Below, in pieces: positions 25,901-38,403 of a stretch of 64,000 nucleotides of DNA (position 1 is its first letter; every line of letters begins with the position of its first letter). The translations under genes were made by a program, and so were the position numbers. This DNA comes from Vicugna vicugna. Lineage: Eukaryota. Under the pieces are notes generated by a model. That model was not told the origin of the DNA, made no database searches, and was given only the letters and a program-made list of their open reading frames with translations. Location: NCBI GenBank assembly GCA_013265495.1, contig MU058687.1, positions 1,986,001 to 2,050,000 on the forward strand, given 5' to 3'.

Positions 25901-27139
25901 TGTTGATCATGTGAAGCAATCTTATTGAACCGAAAAACTTTCAAGGAAAAAAGTTGTGTCCCCTGAGCCAGCCAGTCTGCTAAGGGGGACTCGCTGCTTT
26001 GCGGGGCGAGCAGCTAAAAGCCAGCAGGGAGTGACTAGGGACACCAGCCATTGGTTAAAATTCTCCCAACATAAATGATCTCCTTGTTCTCTCTTTGATG
26101 GATTCCGTCTCTCAAAAATAAAATGCATCTGTGAACATCACACCTACCTCTTGCCTTTTCTTTTTAGTCCTTTACTGAGAAGTAACTGAAAGCAGTTTTA
26201 GTGTAAAAGCTGCAGCCTGGGCATACGTAGGAATAAAGATGCACACGAAATAGAACCCCCTCATAATCTAGGTGTTTTTATGGTCTAGCGGGTCTGTCAG
26301 TGATTTTGCTTTGCCCCCTGCTACTTCACCACAGCTGGCTCCTGGGGGCTATTCTGTTTCTCCTGGTTTCACAGTGGTCATTGCTCAAGAGGTCATGTTT
26401 AGAAGTGCCAGATGTCCTTGGTTCATCTGTACGAGGGAGTCACCAGGGTGGGTCCTGAGCCCTCCAGGGGGATGCCCCCCACCACTGGTGCCCTGCCCTA
26501 TCCCGGAGCCTCACACGCTGGCAGCTGGAAGAGGGTCTCCGCTAACGACACGTGGCACCTTCTCTTTGAGCATCTCGTCACCTGCGTGAGCTTCAGTATA
26601 TTCACAGGCTTTTGGGGGCCCCTTGCATGTAAAAGAAGGGCAGAGAAAACAATGGGTAAGTGACTGGGAGGAACTCTTTACAGGTTTCTTTATTACGTAG
26701 AAGAAAATTCTTTCCTGGAGAAGTAAAGGGCCCAACCCATTCAGGGATAAGCATGGACTGAAATAAAGGTTTTCAGAAACACTGATAAAAGTTTGCCCCT
26801 TGACTTGCGGAGCCACGATTTCCGCTTGTTTTGGTCACCGCATCCTCCATCATTTCAGCCTCCGTCCTCAGTCAGCTACATTTCCCAGAGGTTGGTGCTG
26901 AGTCAGAGTGACTCCTTTTCCCACCCGCTTTCAGTCCCTCCAGTCGTGTCAACGGCAGTGTCTCAGTTTGCAACTAGTATTTCTTTAACACCTTTCTAAC
27001 TTCCTTTGTCTACCCTTTTCCCTTTTTTTCTGAAGCATAGTCAGACCTATCTTTTTAACAAAGAAAGAATTAGCCGTATGCTCAGACTCTTGGTGAACAG
27101 CAATATGTACCTATAAGGAAATACATTTTGTGGGTTTTT

Positions 27140-27337
27140 TTTTTTTTACCATTACCTTCTATATGGCTGGTGACGCTAGATTTCCAATGAGAATATAAAG
27201 TTTTCTTTAAATAAATTTATTAAAGTAGAAGTAAGGATTCAACTTAAAGACAAAATGAAGTAGATGCAGAAAGTACAAAGCTATAGCAAAATTCATGAAG
27301 GTGGCATTTGAAGATGGCAGGCATTTGGGAAACACTG
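27140..27337. mobile_element. hAT-Charlie fragment
   Basis: AT-rich body ending in a hAT-like terminus tttgggaaacactg. Confidence 0.45.
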
Positions 27338-28460
27338 CCCGATAACATTTCTTCCCAGCTGCGTTTCCTCCCCATCCTTCCTCCCAGTGGGAGAAACAGC
27401 AGAACTTCTTCCCCTTAACGCTTTCATGCTGCTTTTTTACTGCAAGATATGAGGTGCATTGGTGTTATTCATTGCAACCTTTCTAAATTGTGGACTTTGT
27501 AACTTGAAGGGAAAAAAGGAACCCAGTGAAAATTTCTAGCCCCATAGTTCCCTCCTGATCCCTGACCAACATCAGCGTATGTATTTATGGTATTGATCCC
27601 AATGTGTTAAGAGCATCCTGTTCCTGTCCGGCTGCACAGCCAGCCTGCTCCGATGCCGTTCATTTTCAGCCACCACCTCGTCTGTATTTCAGCCACACCG
27701 GCTCTGCTGTTGTTTTCTCAGCGCACTTGGCCCTTTCATGCCTCCTGCCTTTATTCAAGTTGTTTCCTCCAGCTAGAAAAGCCTTCCTGAAGCTTTTCTG
27801 CCAGCCGCAAGCCTGCTCAATCTTTCCGTTGGCGTGTCTTCTAGGAAGTCTTCCCAGATTCTCCCAACTGGAATGATCAGTTCCCACTTTAGTGCTGCCA
27901 TGATATTTTGCTCTAACCTCACTTGTCCTATTAAGTTTGGAGCATAATAGAATCAGCAGTAGATGAGGGATTGTGAACCTTGGTTCTAGTTCCAGCTCTG
28001 TGTCCAGCTCGCTTTGGGGCTGTCTGTTAGGTCGCTTTAGCAATCCTGGTCTCCATCTCCTCATCTAGAGGATGCACAGGCTGGATGGTAGCCGTAGTCA
28101 GGCACTGCAGGGTGTGTCTTCTGGAGGTAATCACTGTTATTTCTATAATGTTCTTTTCTCCAGCCAGATTGTAAAATCCCATTTGTGCCTAATAGATAGT
28201 TACCGATTAAGGTTTCTGAATAAAAGAATGTTCATTTGAGATACCTGAGGTCAAGATCTGAACTCTTCTACTTTTAAATTTATCAAAAAATTTTTTTCAC
28301 TTCTAAATTTATTGACAGCATGCATATACATGCACTTTTATATGTTCCCATATTATTTTTAGCTACTAAAACTGTTTCTATATACTTCAACCCTTTTTCC
28401 TCCAGATAAATTAATGCTCCTTTGGAGTTTGAATCAGAACAAAGATGTTATTTTGAATCT

Positions 28461-28476
28461 GACCAGCAGAGGGCAA
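28461..28476 (+). promoter_or_regulatory. Candidate CTCF site
   Basis: GACCAGCAGAGGGCAA matches the CTCF core CCASYAGRKGGCR; motif only. Confidence 0.5.
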
Positions 28477-30394
28477 ACTTCACCCAGGAATTGCCATGTA
28501 ATTCACTACCCCTTCAGCTTGATAGAGCTTGGCAGTCTACGGATAGAATTTAGAGGTTGGTTTTCATCTTTCTGCTAGACACCTTGTTGATAATGCCAGC
28601 AGGAGATCCATGGGCTCTAATATGACCTAAAACCCCAAAGTGCCAAAATTTGGGCGCTTGGGGAGTTCTCAATCATCATGAAAAGAAGGGAGAAGATATG
28701 ATATCTGCAAATACCTCCTGCACACTAAATATATGAATGACGAGGAACAGGAACCGAGGGGGGAAAGAGTGGGGGCTTCAACTTTCAGGAGAGCTTTCAA
28801 CGAGGTGGAGTCTGTTAGCCAAAGGAAACTTCAATTCATGAGAAATATCTAGTTTTTAATCAGAATTATAGGAGTGGTGACATTTAGAGCAGAGGGACCC
28901 CAGTTAACCAGTCTACTGCCTGATGCTGAATGGGTCAAGATTACATTGTTAGACTTCTCCTTTGCTCAGATCTGGATTTTCACTGTGAAGGCTCATTTGG
29001 TGGGTCGTATAACTGATAAAGTAGAGGCTTGGTGTTGGGTGTGCTAGTGATGTGTTATATGATCTGGGACAAATGACCTCCTTTTTCTCATGCCTTGGTA
29101 AAATTGACCTCAGTGAGGTTGGAGGCACTTGTGAGATTTTTATTGGACATTTAAGAATTACAAGGGTAGAAAACCAGGCAAGAAAATGGTATTTTGACTG
29201 CTTGTCCTGCAGAGGAGTGCTGTGCTTTGAAAATGTGAGGTAGCTTTGGCTCTGGTTTAGGTGGTCTTGCATTCCTGCTCTTCCCCTTGCCAAGTGTTTC
29301 TTGATGAATTGGGCCCCCAGCTGCAGAGTGTCTTCTTTTTGTCACAGGAGCCTTGGGAGCTCCTCACTGTGGCTTTAACTCTCCTCTCATGGGCAACAAG
29401 TGTCAATAGTAACCATTTGTCCCCTTTCACATCCCTCTCCGGTCAGAGGCTGTAGACCAGAGGTCATGGGCCAGCAGATGGCCTTCCACTCAGACATCAG
29501 GGCTCTCAGTGCCTGGCCCTTTGCTCGCGTTTAAGCCTGTGCTGTCTTGCAGCAGGGACGTGAGTCTAGGGTCCAATATGTGCTCTGGATATTAAGAGAC
29601 TTCAAGGACACTTCCCCCCATTTATCCCAGTTATGTCCCCTGCTAAAATAGGTTAACGGTGTCTAATTAACCACTGAACATTGTCATGCTGCATAAAGAT
29701 AGCATCCTGGCTGTTCTCTGAGTCGTGGTACTTTATCTCCATTTAGATCTCTGCAGTATTCCATTAACTTCGAGAGCAACATTTTAACTGAGATGATGTC
29801 TACATTAGGGACGCCTTTCACCCTCCAGCACGTGACCCGTGTAGGCAGCAGCTGAGGCCTTCTGGCTGATGCAGGAGGGCAGGCGGAGGAGAGGGGCTCC
29901 GCAGGCGGGGAGGACTTCTACATTGCAGCCCTTCTCTCCCACTGAGCCCCGGAGCAAAACCAAGGATCCAGGACTGGGCCGTGTCTGGCGTGGCTGCTGG
30001 CACCGGAGGCTCCAGCGCCATCAAGCTTGTCCTCAGCTGACTGAATCACGCCGGGGAGCGTCAGGGTGGTCTCTTCACAACGGATGAGAGGAAATGCATT
30101 CGAGCAAAAGAAGAGCAGGCGAGTACATGGAGAGAAGGGTGACCTGGCTAGACGGGATCGTTCTGCCATGACACAAGCTATCATGTTGTAAATAAAACAT
30201 ACATGATAAATCACATGGAACAATTAAACCAATGGTAACTGCCACATCGTCAGACCTGACAAAACTGCAGTTGAAAGTATGTCCTCGCCTCCTCATGGGA
30301 AATATTAATTGGATTTGAAGCAGAGTCTAGACTGAGTGCTTTCCCCCAGCGTAGAGCTGCCTGCCTGCCTGTATCGTGCGGGGGTTGAGAACTG

Positions 30395-30636
30395 GGATTT
30401 GTATTCTGGTCCTCTGGCTTTCCAGCTGGGTGGCTTTAGGCAAGTTACTTTACTTCTCTGAGCCCCAGTCTCCCCATCTGTAAAAGGGAGCAAATGAAAT
30501 AAGATAATGTGATCAATATACAGGGTAACATGTAATACTATATAGTATATAGTGTTCTATAATAGTACTGTATAAATAAGATTATATAATAACAGTGCCT
30601 GGCACCCAACAAGCTCAACGGTGATTAACTACTGTT
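30395..30636 (+). mobile_element. MIR SINE
   Basis: ggcaagttactttacttctctgagccccagtctccccatctgtaaaa core and cagtgcctggcac tail. Confidence 0.75.
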
Positions 30637-31523
30637 GTCATCAGCCATCAGCCATCAGCCTGCTTGGGACAGGCTTGTGGGGGCGGGGGCCCGGAAAGGA
30701 GCTTTCCCCTGAGGACTGAGGGTGGATTGTGGAGCCGAGGAGAAGCCTAGCATGGGTCGCAGAGAAGCCAGAGTGAAAATCAGAAGGGGGCTGGTTGAGT
30801 GTGGAGCTGAAGGACTGGACTTCAAATGAAAGAAGGGAAAACGAGACAGTGACCTTAACCTTGGAATCCTCCACCTGAGAGCTCAATATTTAAAGAACAG
30901 GCTGCGTCACGTGAGGCCGAGCGTTCTTAGCAATTTGGAAAGGGCCACGCGGAGAGGACCGTGGTTTCCCCTCTCGCCAAGTCACTGACCTGGTCCAGTG
31001 CGTCCCTCGCTGAAAGGCAGGAGGCCAGGGTGCCCTTACTCCTGTCACTCTGTCTCCACAAGGTGGGAGGTGAGGGAGAACATTTACTCTCATTGTCCAA
31101 AGTTAAACCTTCATTCTGCAAAATGGCCAAAGCAATCAGCAAGTGATGGAGTAGCTCTTAAAAAGAAACCTGGCATTTAATTAACTTTTCAAAGTGCTGG
31201 TTCAGCAACCTCTGTGTTTTACATTTTGAATATTGAACAAGCATCTCTAATCGGATCTGAATTGCTTCTGGGCCTCTCTGGGTGGAAAGCACCTGCTTAG
31301 CTTGTATGAACACCACGGAGTCTTGTCTGAAGTTCGGGATAGCCAGCTCAGGGTCACTCAGGAGTGGGGCCTTCGGTCTGTGAAGCCGTCTCCTTCCTCC
31401 CCTCAGCCTGTAGGTCAAGTCAGTGTTCATTAGCACTTTTGCTCAAAGAAAGTAGGCAACCCAGAAGGACAAAGCAGAAGAGTTTACATTTTGCTGCTTA
31501 GCTGTCTGAAATAAGGTTTAGGG

Positions 31524-31650
31524 CAGCGGTTCTCATGTATGTGATCGGGTTCCATTTCTAGAAGTGAATACCTCAAGGGGCCTGGGGTAGAGCCTAGCAC
31601 GTGGGCTCTGCAGAAGCTTCCCGGGTGTGATTCTGTTGTGCGCCACTGGT
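31524..31650. mobile_element. hAT-Charlie MER5-like MITE
   Basis: cagcggttctca start; aagcttcccgggtgtgattctg motif. Confidence 0.5.
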
Positions 31651-32359
31651 GAGGAGCTCCTGGGGTAAAGGAGTCTCTGCAGCTTTCGGTTAGCAATCTG
31701 TTCCCTTTTGTAAGCACAGAAACCCAGGAATGACTGTGAGCGCAGTAAACCCAAACAGGAATCAGGGTGCCCGGGGGCGTCTGACGATCAGTGGGTGTCT
31801 GCTTTTGAAAGGGCTGGGGACAACGTGCTTGGAATCTAGGGTGGAAGGTGGGAGATAGGGGTTCTTGTTTCGGCCTCGTCACTGACCCGATCTGTTGCTT
31901 GGACAAAGCGCACAAGCAGTGGCCAGTGTCCCAGTCTGTGTATAAACTGGTGCTCCTGAACCCTGCTTTGCCTCTTTTCCAGAGCTGATGTGGAGAGAAA
32001 TGAAAGTCTTTGAAGACTACAGGGAAGTGCTCGATCTCTGTACGGTGGTCTCCCCAGTATTGTAATTGTCAGGTTCCCAAACCTTCTAACAGCCACCTCT
32101 AGGGAAAGAGGCACGTGGGCCCTGGGTGCGGTAAGAGGCCAGCAGCCCAGGGCGGAGCTGTCCTCCTGCCACGGGGCTGGGCTGGTCGCAGAGTTTCCTC
32201 GGAAGTGTGTCTGTGAGGAAGAAGTGGCCCAGAACCCACGGGGCTCGCCCTCAGCCTCCATCCACACCCTGCGTGGGAGGCTGACTTCAGCCCCGCATCC
32301 TTCTCTGCTTACTTAACCTGGTGGGCGGTGGTAGACCACCGGGTGCTCATTTATTTTAA

Positions 32360-32590
32360 ACCTGACACCAACAGCTTAAAAACGCACTGTGCGTCATGAC
32401 TGAGTATATCTGTATATAAAACTGAAAAAAATGTACATAATATTTATCCTTACTATTTGCAGTACATTCTCATCACTGTTCTTTGCTATTGAAAAAAATA
32501 AAAAAAGACAAGAAAGGCTGGTGGTAAGCCACCAGATTGATTTCATGATTCACTAATGGGTCTTGACCTGTGGTTTGAAAATCCTTGTGC
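32360..32590. mobile_element. hAT-Charlie (Charlie4-like) fragment
   Basis: attgatttcatgattcactaatgggtcttgacctgtggtttgaaaa terminus. Confidence 0.6.
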
Positions 32591-32939
32591 TAGATGTGGC
32601 CTGCAGTGCCTTTGGGGACCGAGCAGGTAAAGTAATCTGTGTTTTGTTTCAGAATAGCACCTTCAGTTGTATCACTGAGATACGTATACAGACTATTTGC
32701 ATAGTCACCGTTCTGCAAAGAAATGTCCCCTCTGCCAGTTCTCTTAAAGAATGCTGCCCACTTCCCTTTGCTTTGTGACTTTGGGCAGCTGCATGGCTAC
32801 AGGAAATACTTCACTTGCCTCTTAACTTTCTATACAAAAACCAGCAGCGTGGATTCAGTGATCAAGAGCTAGCACTGGACCCCAGCGCCAGGGAGGCTCA
32901 TGGTGGCCGGGGGGAAGGGGAGGGGCAGCCGTAGCCGAC

Positions 32940-33152
32940 CTTCCCTGTTTTCCGCATGGGAGTGTAGGCCCAGTGTTACCGGGGTTTGTATTTGAAGAAT
33001 TCAGAAATCTGGATTCTTGTATAAAATCTCTCAATTTGGACAAAAAACTTACAGTAAAACAGAAGAAAATTAAACCAAACCAAAATAAGCAGCTGTGTGG
33101 TGCAGCCCAGACTCGTCTGCAAGCTGGGTGTGGCCCAGAAGTGGCCGCTGGT
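32940..33152. mobile_element. hAT-Charlie MER102-like fragment
   Basis: ggcccagtgttacc..agaaatctggattcttgtataaaatctc..cgtctgcaagctgggtgtggccc. Confidence 0.55.
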
Positions 33153-34544
33153 TCAGAGGCAGAGCGTTTCATGCCGCTCCTCCCGGGCCCCATCCGCACT
33201 CCCGCTGGGCTTTCCGTCTCTGGAGCAGAAGGCGCGCCCAGAACCCGCTACTGCTGGCAGAGAGATTGAGAAAGGGAGAGACAGGCGGACAGAACGCCAC
33301 CTGACGGCATCCCTGCCCTCCATCCTTGAGGGCTCGCTCTTGATCTTGCTCCTTCCTGTGGGTGGCAGTGAGATTCGAGAGTCCTTGGCCCTCCTGGAGT
33401 GAGAGCGAGCAGGATGTGGGCTCAGCAGCAAGTATGCTGAATATGGAGCTCGGCCCGTTTTTAGGTGACAAGTGGATAAATGGCAATTAATCAGCCTTCC
33501 CCCAAAGAGTGGCATTATCATTATTTCCTTCAGACAAAATCACTGCTACTTTTGGCCATGGCACCTGGCTTAGGAAAGAACAGTTCTGTCGTAACTCCTG
33601 AGTGATCAGAGACGGATCTGCCTCTTCTGTAGAACTCGAAGGCGCTGGCCTCGGCTCCCCAGCCTCTCAAATCATATTGTTCTCTGATCTCGGTTTCCAT
33701 CCAAGCCCTTCTACTGTTGGTGACACATGACTGGGTCATTCGGACAGTGGATTCCTAGAGTTCAGCTCCGCCGGGACACTTAGAGGCCGTAGTCCCGGGA
33801 ACACATGAGCCAGGAGCAGAGCCTTCCTTCCTCCCTCCCGCACGGACAGAGGCAGCTTTGTTGGCAGCCTTGGCCCTGCATTTAGGGTTGCTTTGACTTA
33901 GCAGAAACCTGCATCATCCGACATCACCACAGTGGGGACACCCTGGGCACCCAGTACAATTCACCTTCGTGCCCTCCTGCTGCCTCCGAAGGTCCCACTC
34001 ACCCTCCCACCCCTAGTGGCTCTGTCTCTTTACTTGGCCTTTTGAGAATCAAACACTGCAGCCTGGGAGGCCCCCTGAGTTGTTCCATCTTGTTTTTCCT
34101 GCTTTACCTACCCATCCCCCTCCCCCACCCCATACCCCAACTTCGGCGAAAGTTTATTCCCTCCCTCCCTCCCTCCCTTCCTTCCTTCCTCCCTGTGCAG
34201 TTATGGTTTACATTTCATAGTCTATTTAGACTTGGGCTAAATTTGTGATTCACTCTTGGGAGGAAGTATTTGCATTTTGTAGGAACTGCTGGTTGGTTTC
34301 GATGTAGCTCACAGGTCTTCTCCTGCCTTCAGGCCATTATGTCGTGGCCCAACCTTTGCCCCTGCTCATCATGGTGATTGATTTCTGATTTAAAAGAATT
34401 CATAAAAAGCTGAAAACAAACATTCTGTGTTTGGGGAAATTTTCAGACCTACAGAAAAGTCATCTCCGTGGACCCCACACCCAACTTTTAACAGTCGTCA
34501 GCAGGATCAGTATTTAGGGACCGACTTGGATTAGATTTGCCGGG

Positions 34545-34686
34545 AATGTGTTTAAGATGCATATTCCTGGGCTCCCCGCCCCCAGACCAGCTGATCCAGA
34601 AGTCTCTGGCCACCAGATCCAGAATCTGAATGTCTTAACAACCTTTCCAGATGGTTCTTACACATGTGCAGGTTTGAGAACCAGTG
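34545..34686. mobile_element. hAT-Charlie MER5-like MITE
   Basis: atgcatattcctgggctcc..ccagacc..gaatctg..ttaaca..caggtttgagaaccagtg. Confidence 0.65.
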
Positions 34687-35235
34687 CCTCATAAGCATCT
34701 GTGTGAACAGGCCTCCTGCTCGTGGAACGTATTTAGGGCACTGCTCGCCCACCGTCACTCACAGGTCTTCAGGCCCTTCGTGTGGAGGATACAGAAAGTC
34801 AGGCCCCGAACCTGCAGGCTGAACTGCGTGACTAGTTTGTCCCCTTTTGCTCGAGGGAAGCTGCACATCTTAACACAGCAACTCCAAATCAGACCCGAGG
34901 CCTTAGTCCTAAGAAAGCGCTCTGTAAATTGATCAGTTACTTGTTGAAGGAAAGGAAGGCACCATATCATCTATGCCCTTTTGAGTTTTGAGCTTCTTGT
35001 TCAACTTGCACTTAAGCTCAATGATTTCACTTGGAGTCATGCTGAAATCAGGTGATAAGAAGGCATTACTGTAATTTTATTACAGTGATTTTGGACCTTG
35101 GTCTATAAAGAGGAATCCAGACAAAGTACTTGGGATATGCTAATTTGTCCCCACTTTTGAGACCGCCTCTCTAACATACCACACCAGTGCATGAGACTGG
35201 CGGGTTCTCATCAACCTTGTCTTTCTTTTTTTCAG

Positions 35236-35268
35236 GTCAGGAAGGAGGGCTTCTGAGGAAGTAGAAGA
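35236..35268 (+). CDS. IFT43: IFT43 coding exon (exon 4 equivalent), 33 nt, (K)SGRRASEEVE(D)
   Basis: Strong T-rich acceptor (tttctttttttcAG), donor GA|GTATGT; resembles human KFRRKASEEIED as recalled; phase 2/2. Confidence 0.9.
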
Positions 35269-35944
35269 GTATGTTTCCAGTGCTCCTGTGGTATTCTATG
35301 GTGACCCTGGTCGACAGTGCAGTCTGGGTGGTCCTGATCTGTTCAGCTTTTGCTGAGCACAGCTTTCAAAAACAGACAGTATGGATCTGGCTGTGGTCTA
35401 GGGCTGGAGTCAGGAACACTGAGTCAAGGGTTTGGTTAATGCTGCTTCCTCAACTGAGGGCTGGACTCTGGGTTGACGTTATATCATGTCTCCCACTGCG
35501 TGGTTCTTAGAATTGTTTGTTCAGTTACCAGAATACTGGTCCATTGAGTTCTGCTTTATCAGTACAGATGGGTGGAAGCCACGCCAGCCTTGTAACCTAG
35601 CCTTCGCCTAAGACTTAGGTCAGAAAGAAAGCAGGAGGGTTTCTAGGTAAAGATGGAATGTAAAGTGAGGGCCACCGAATCTCACACCACACCTGCAGGG
35701 TGGGCGGGGCATCATACCGTGGTCCGAGTGATGCTGCCAGTGGAATGGTGCACCACATGTCCTGTGCGGCCATACACGGCAGGCCCAGCCACCTGATTAG
35801 GTCTGACCACGTTGGTGGAGGAAAGTGGGTCCAGAGACATCTTCATCTAGGAGAAAGAATGGATACGATAAAAATGTGGGTATTTTTTTTTTTCTGTATT
35901 TAAAACTCATTTTCTGCTTTTTTTTCCCTTCTTTTTGGGGGCAG

Positions 35945-35991
35945 TCACCGCCTCAGACAGCAGAGCCTGGATGGATTGGATGACGAAGGAG
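35945..35991 (+). CDS. IFT43: IFT43 coding exon (exon 5 equivalent), 47 nt, (D)HRLRQQSLDGLDDEG(D)
   Basis: Pyrimidine tract then gggggcAG, donor GAG|GTAAGA; resembles human DFRLRPQSLNGSDYGG as recalled; frame is continuous with both flanking exons. Confidence 0.9.
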
Positions 35992-36344
35992 GTAAGATGC
36001 CCTTGGAGGAAGTCAAAAAGGCTTCCAGAGACGGCCCAGAGCATTTCCTGGGGTATAGCTAAGGCACCGTTTGCTACGGCCTTGCTGGAAACACCCCCAG
36101 TGGCCTCAACCTGGCCCGTTGTTTTGCGTTTCTGTGCCTTGCAAAGTGATGCTGCCTCTGCCCAGAGTATCTTACTCCCTTCTTTGTCCACCAGCTCTCC
36201 TTGTCCTTCATAACTCAGCTGAAGCATCACTTCCTCTGAAATGTCCTCTTCCCATCTCGCTCCCTGTCTGACTCAGGTGTTCTTTCTCTGCTTCTGCAAC
36301 CCCCCGGGCAAACCTGCGTCATGACAACCACCACCACAGCGCCA

Positions 36345-36555
36345 ACAGCTGATATTTAGTAGGTGCTCATTACACCTCAGGCAGTGTTCTACCCGCTTAT
36401 AGATGTTAAAGCATTTAGTCTTCACAACAACCCTATGAGATAGTGCTGTATCATCCCTATTTTATTTTATGTATTTTTTTAATTTAATTTTATTTTCTTC
36501 CCCATTTTATAGTGAGAAGGATTAAGTTGCTCACGGTCACGATAGCTAAGTGACT
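36345..36555 (-). mobile_element. MIR SINE, antisense
   Basis: atttagtcttcacaacaaccctatgagatag..cccattttatagtgag..ttaagttgctcacggtcac. Confidence 0.7.
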
Positions 36556-36849
36556 GTCACGCGTTAATGCTTGTTGGCTTGATCGTTCTTCCCACCAGGC
36601 TCTGATAATGGTGGACACCGTGGGTTACTTATCTTTGCATCTCCAGGGTATGACACATAGTAGCCACGAGTAGAGACTGACCATGTAAACTAGGGAGAAA
36701 CAGTTCTAACCGGCCAGCAGCCACGTCACAGCTGAAGCCTGTGTTCAAAACTCAAAAGAAAAGATAAAGTGTGTGTGTACTTTTTACGAGAAACCTACTA
36801 GCAGGGAGATTATATCTGGGACCTAAAGGATCAAAGCCTCTTTTTTAAC

Positions 36850-37318
36850 CCACATGTTTACCATTTCCGCACTCCATTCCTTTGTGTGGAACTCACTTTC
36901 TATCTGGTATCCTTTTCCTTGTGCCCGAAGCACTACATTTAACATTTTTTATAGAGGAGGTCCTCTGACAATGAATTGTCTCAGCCTTGTTTGTCTGAAA
37001 ATGTTTTTACTTTTCACCAGATACAGAGTTCTGGGCTGACAACTCTTGTTTCTTTTAGCGTTTTAGGTTCCTGTTTCATTGTCCTCTGGCTTGCGCTGTG
37101 TCCAATGAGAAGTCAGTGGGCATCCTTGCTTCCCTGTGTGCAGTGTGTCTTTTTCTCCTCTGGCTGCTTTTAAGACAGCTTTTCCCTTATCAGTTATTTT
37201 CAGCAGTCTGGTTATGATGTGCCTTGGTGTTGTTTACTTTGTGTTTATCCCGCTTAAACTGCCTGAGTCAGTGGATTTATGGTTTTCATCAGAGTCAGAG
37301 AATTGTAGCCATTGTTTC
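36850..37318 (-). mobile_element. Old L1M fragment (continues after ~37830)
   Basis: tttaacatttt..gacaatgaattgtctcagc..atgatgtgccttggtgt motifs typical of old L1M elements. Confidence 0.65.
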
Positions 37319-37825
37319 TTTTCTTTTTTTTTTAACTGAAATATAGTTGATGTACAATATTATGTTGGTATTGGGTGTACTACCTAGTGACTTGACATTC
37401 ACATTTATTAATAAAATGATCACCACAATAATTCCAGTAACCATCTGTCCCCATACAAGTTACTACAGTTTTATTGACCATATTCCTTACACTGCATGTT
37501 ACTTCCCCATGGCTTATTTATTTTAAACTGGAGGTTTGTCCTTAATCCCCTTCACCTATGTCATCCCACCCCACACTGCTTTGGCAACCACCTGTTTATT
37601 CTCTGTATCTATGAGAGTTTTTGTTTGTTTTGTTTTATAGATTCCACGTATAAGTGAGATCATAACGGTATTTGTCTTTCTCTGACTTACTTCACTCAGC
37701 ATAGTACCCTCTAGGCCCATACATGTTGTCACAAATGGCAAGATTTCATGTTTTTTATGGCTGAGTAATATTCCATGGTGTATATACACACATATCTTTA
37801 TTGATGGACACTTAGGTTGCTTCCC
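37319..37825 (-). mobile_element. L1 3' end (L1MA-like) nested in an older L1M
   Basis: T-rich tail, gaaatatagttgatgtacaatatta..., tagattccacgtataagtgagatcata..gatggacacttaggttgcttcc; ORF 37556..37789 gives an L1-like peptide. Confidence 0.85.
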
Positions 37826-38261
37826 AAATTTCAGCCACCTTAGCCCCTAAACTTTGACATCTGTACCCTCAACGCAGCCAAACCTTCCCGTACTCCACTT
37901 GGGGGTCCGCATCCCTGTGCCAATGTCCAGGAAGCACCTCTAGGCAGAAGCTGGGGTGACTGCAGGGCCCACTTCATTTGTTTCCCTTCCCTTGGGAACA
38001 CAGTGATGTGCTACAGCTTGTCCACTGTGTGACAACAGTTCTGTCTTATATTTTCCTAGTTTTCTAATTGTTCATAGCAGGAAGGCAAGTCTGGTTCCAG
38101 TTAGTCTCTCATGGCTAGAAGTGGAGTCCCAAAATCTTTGGTTAACTAAGCTTTGCATGAGACTGCACAGTGCAGGAGAGAATTAAATCTGCAGAACGAG
38201 GACAATTCCCTGTGCTTTAGCTACCTCACAGGGTTAGGGCAAGGGTCATAGATGACATTCA

Positions 38262-38403
38262 TGAAATATTCTGGGATGGTGGTTAAAATACAGATTCCCA
38301 GGCCCCCCATAAAGCAGAAGCTGGAGTTGGGGCCCAGGGACCTGCATTAATTTCAGTAAGCTGTCTGGGTGAGGATTTTGCACACTGAAGTTTGACAGCC
38401 CTG
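38262..38403. mobile_element. hAT-Charlie MER5A-like MITE
   Basis: ttaaaatacagattcccaggcccc..ggggcccagggacctgcatt..aagct..ggtga..gcacactgaagtttga. Confidence 0.65.
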
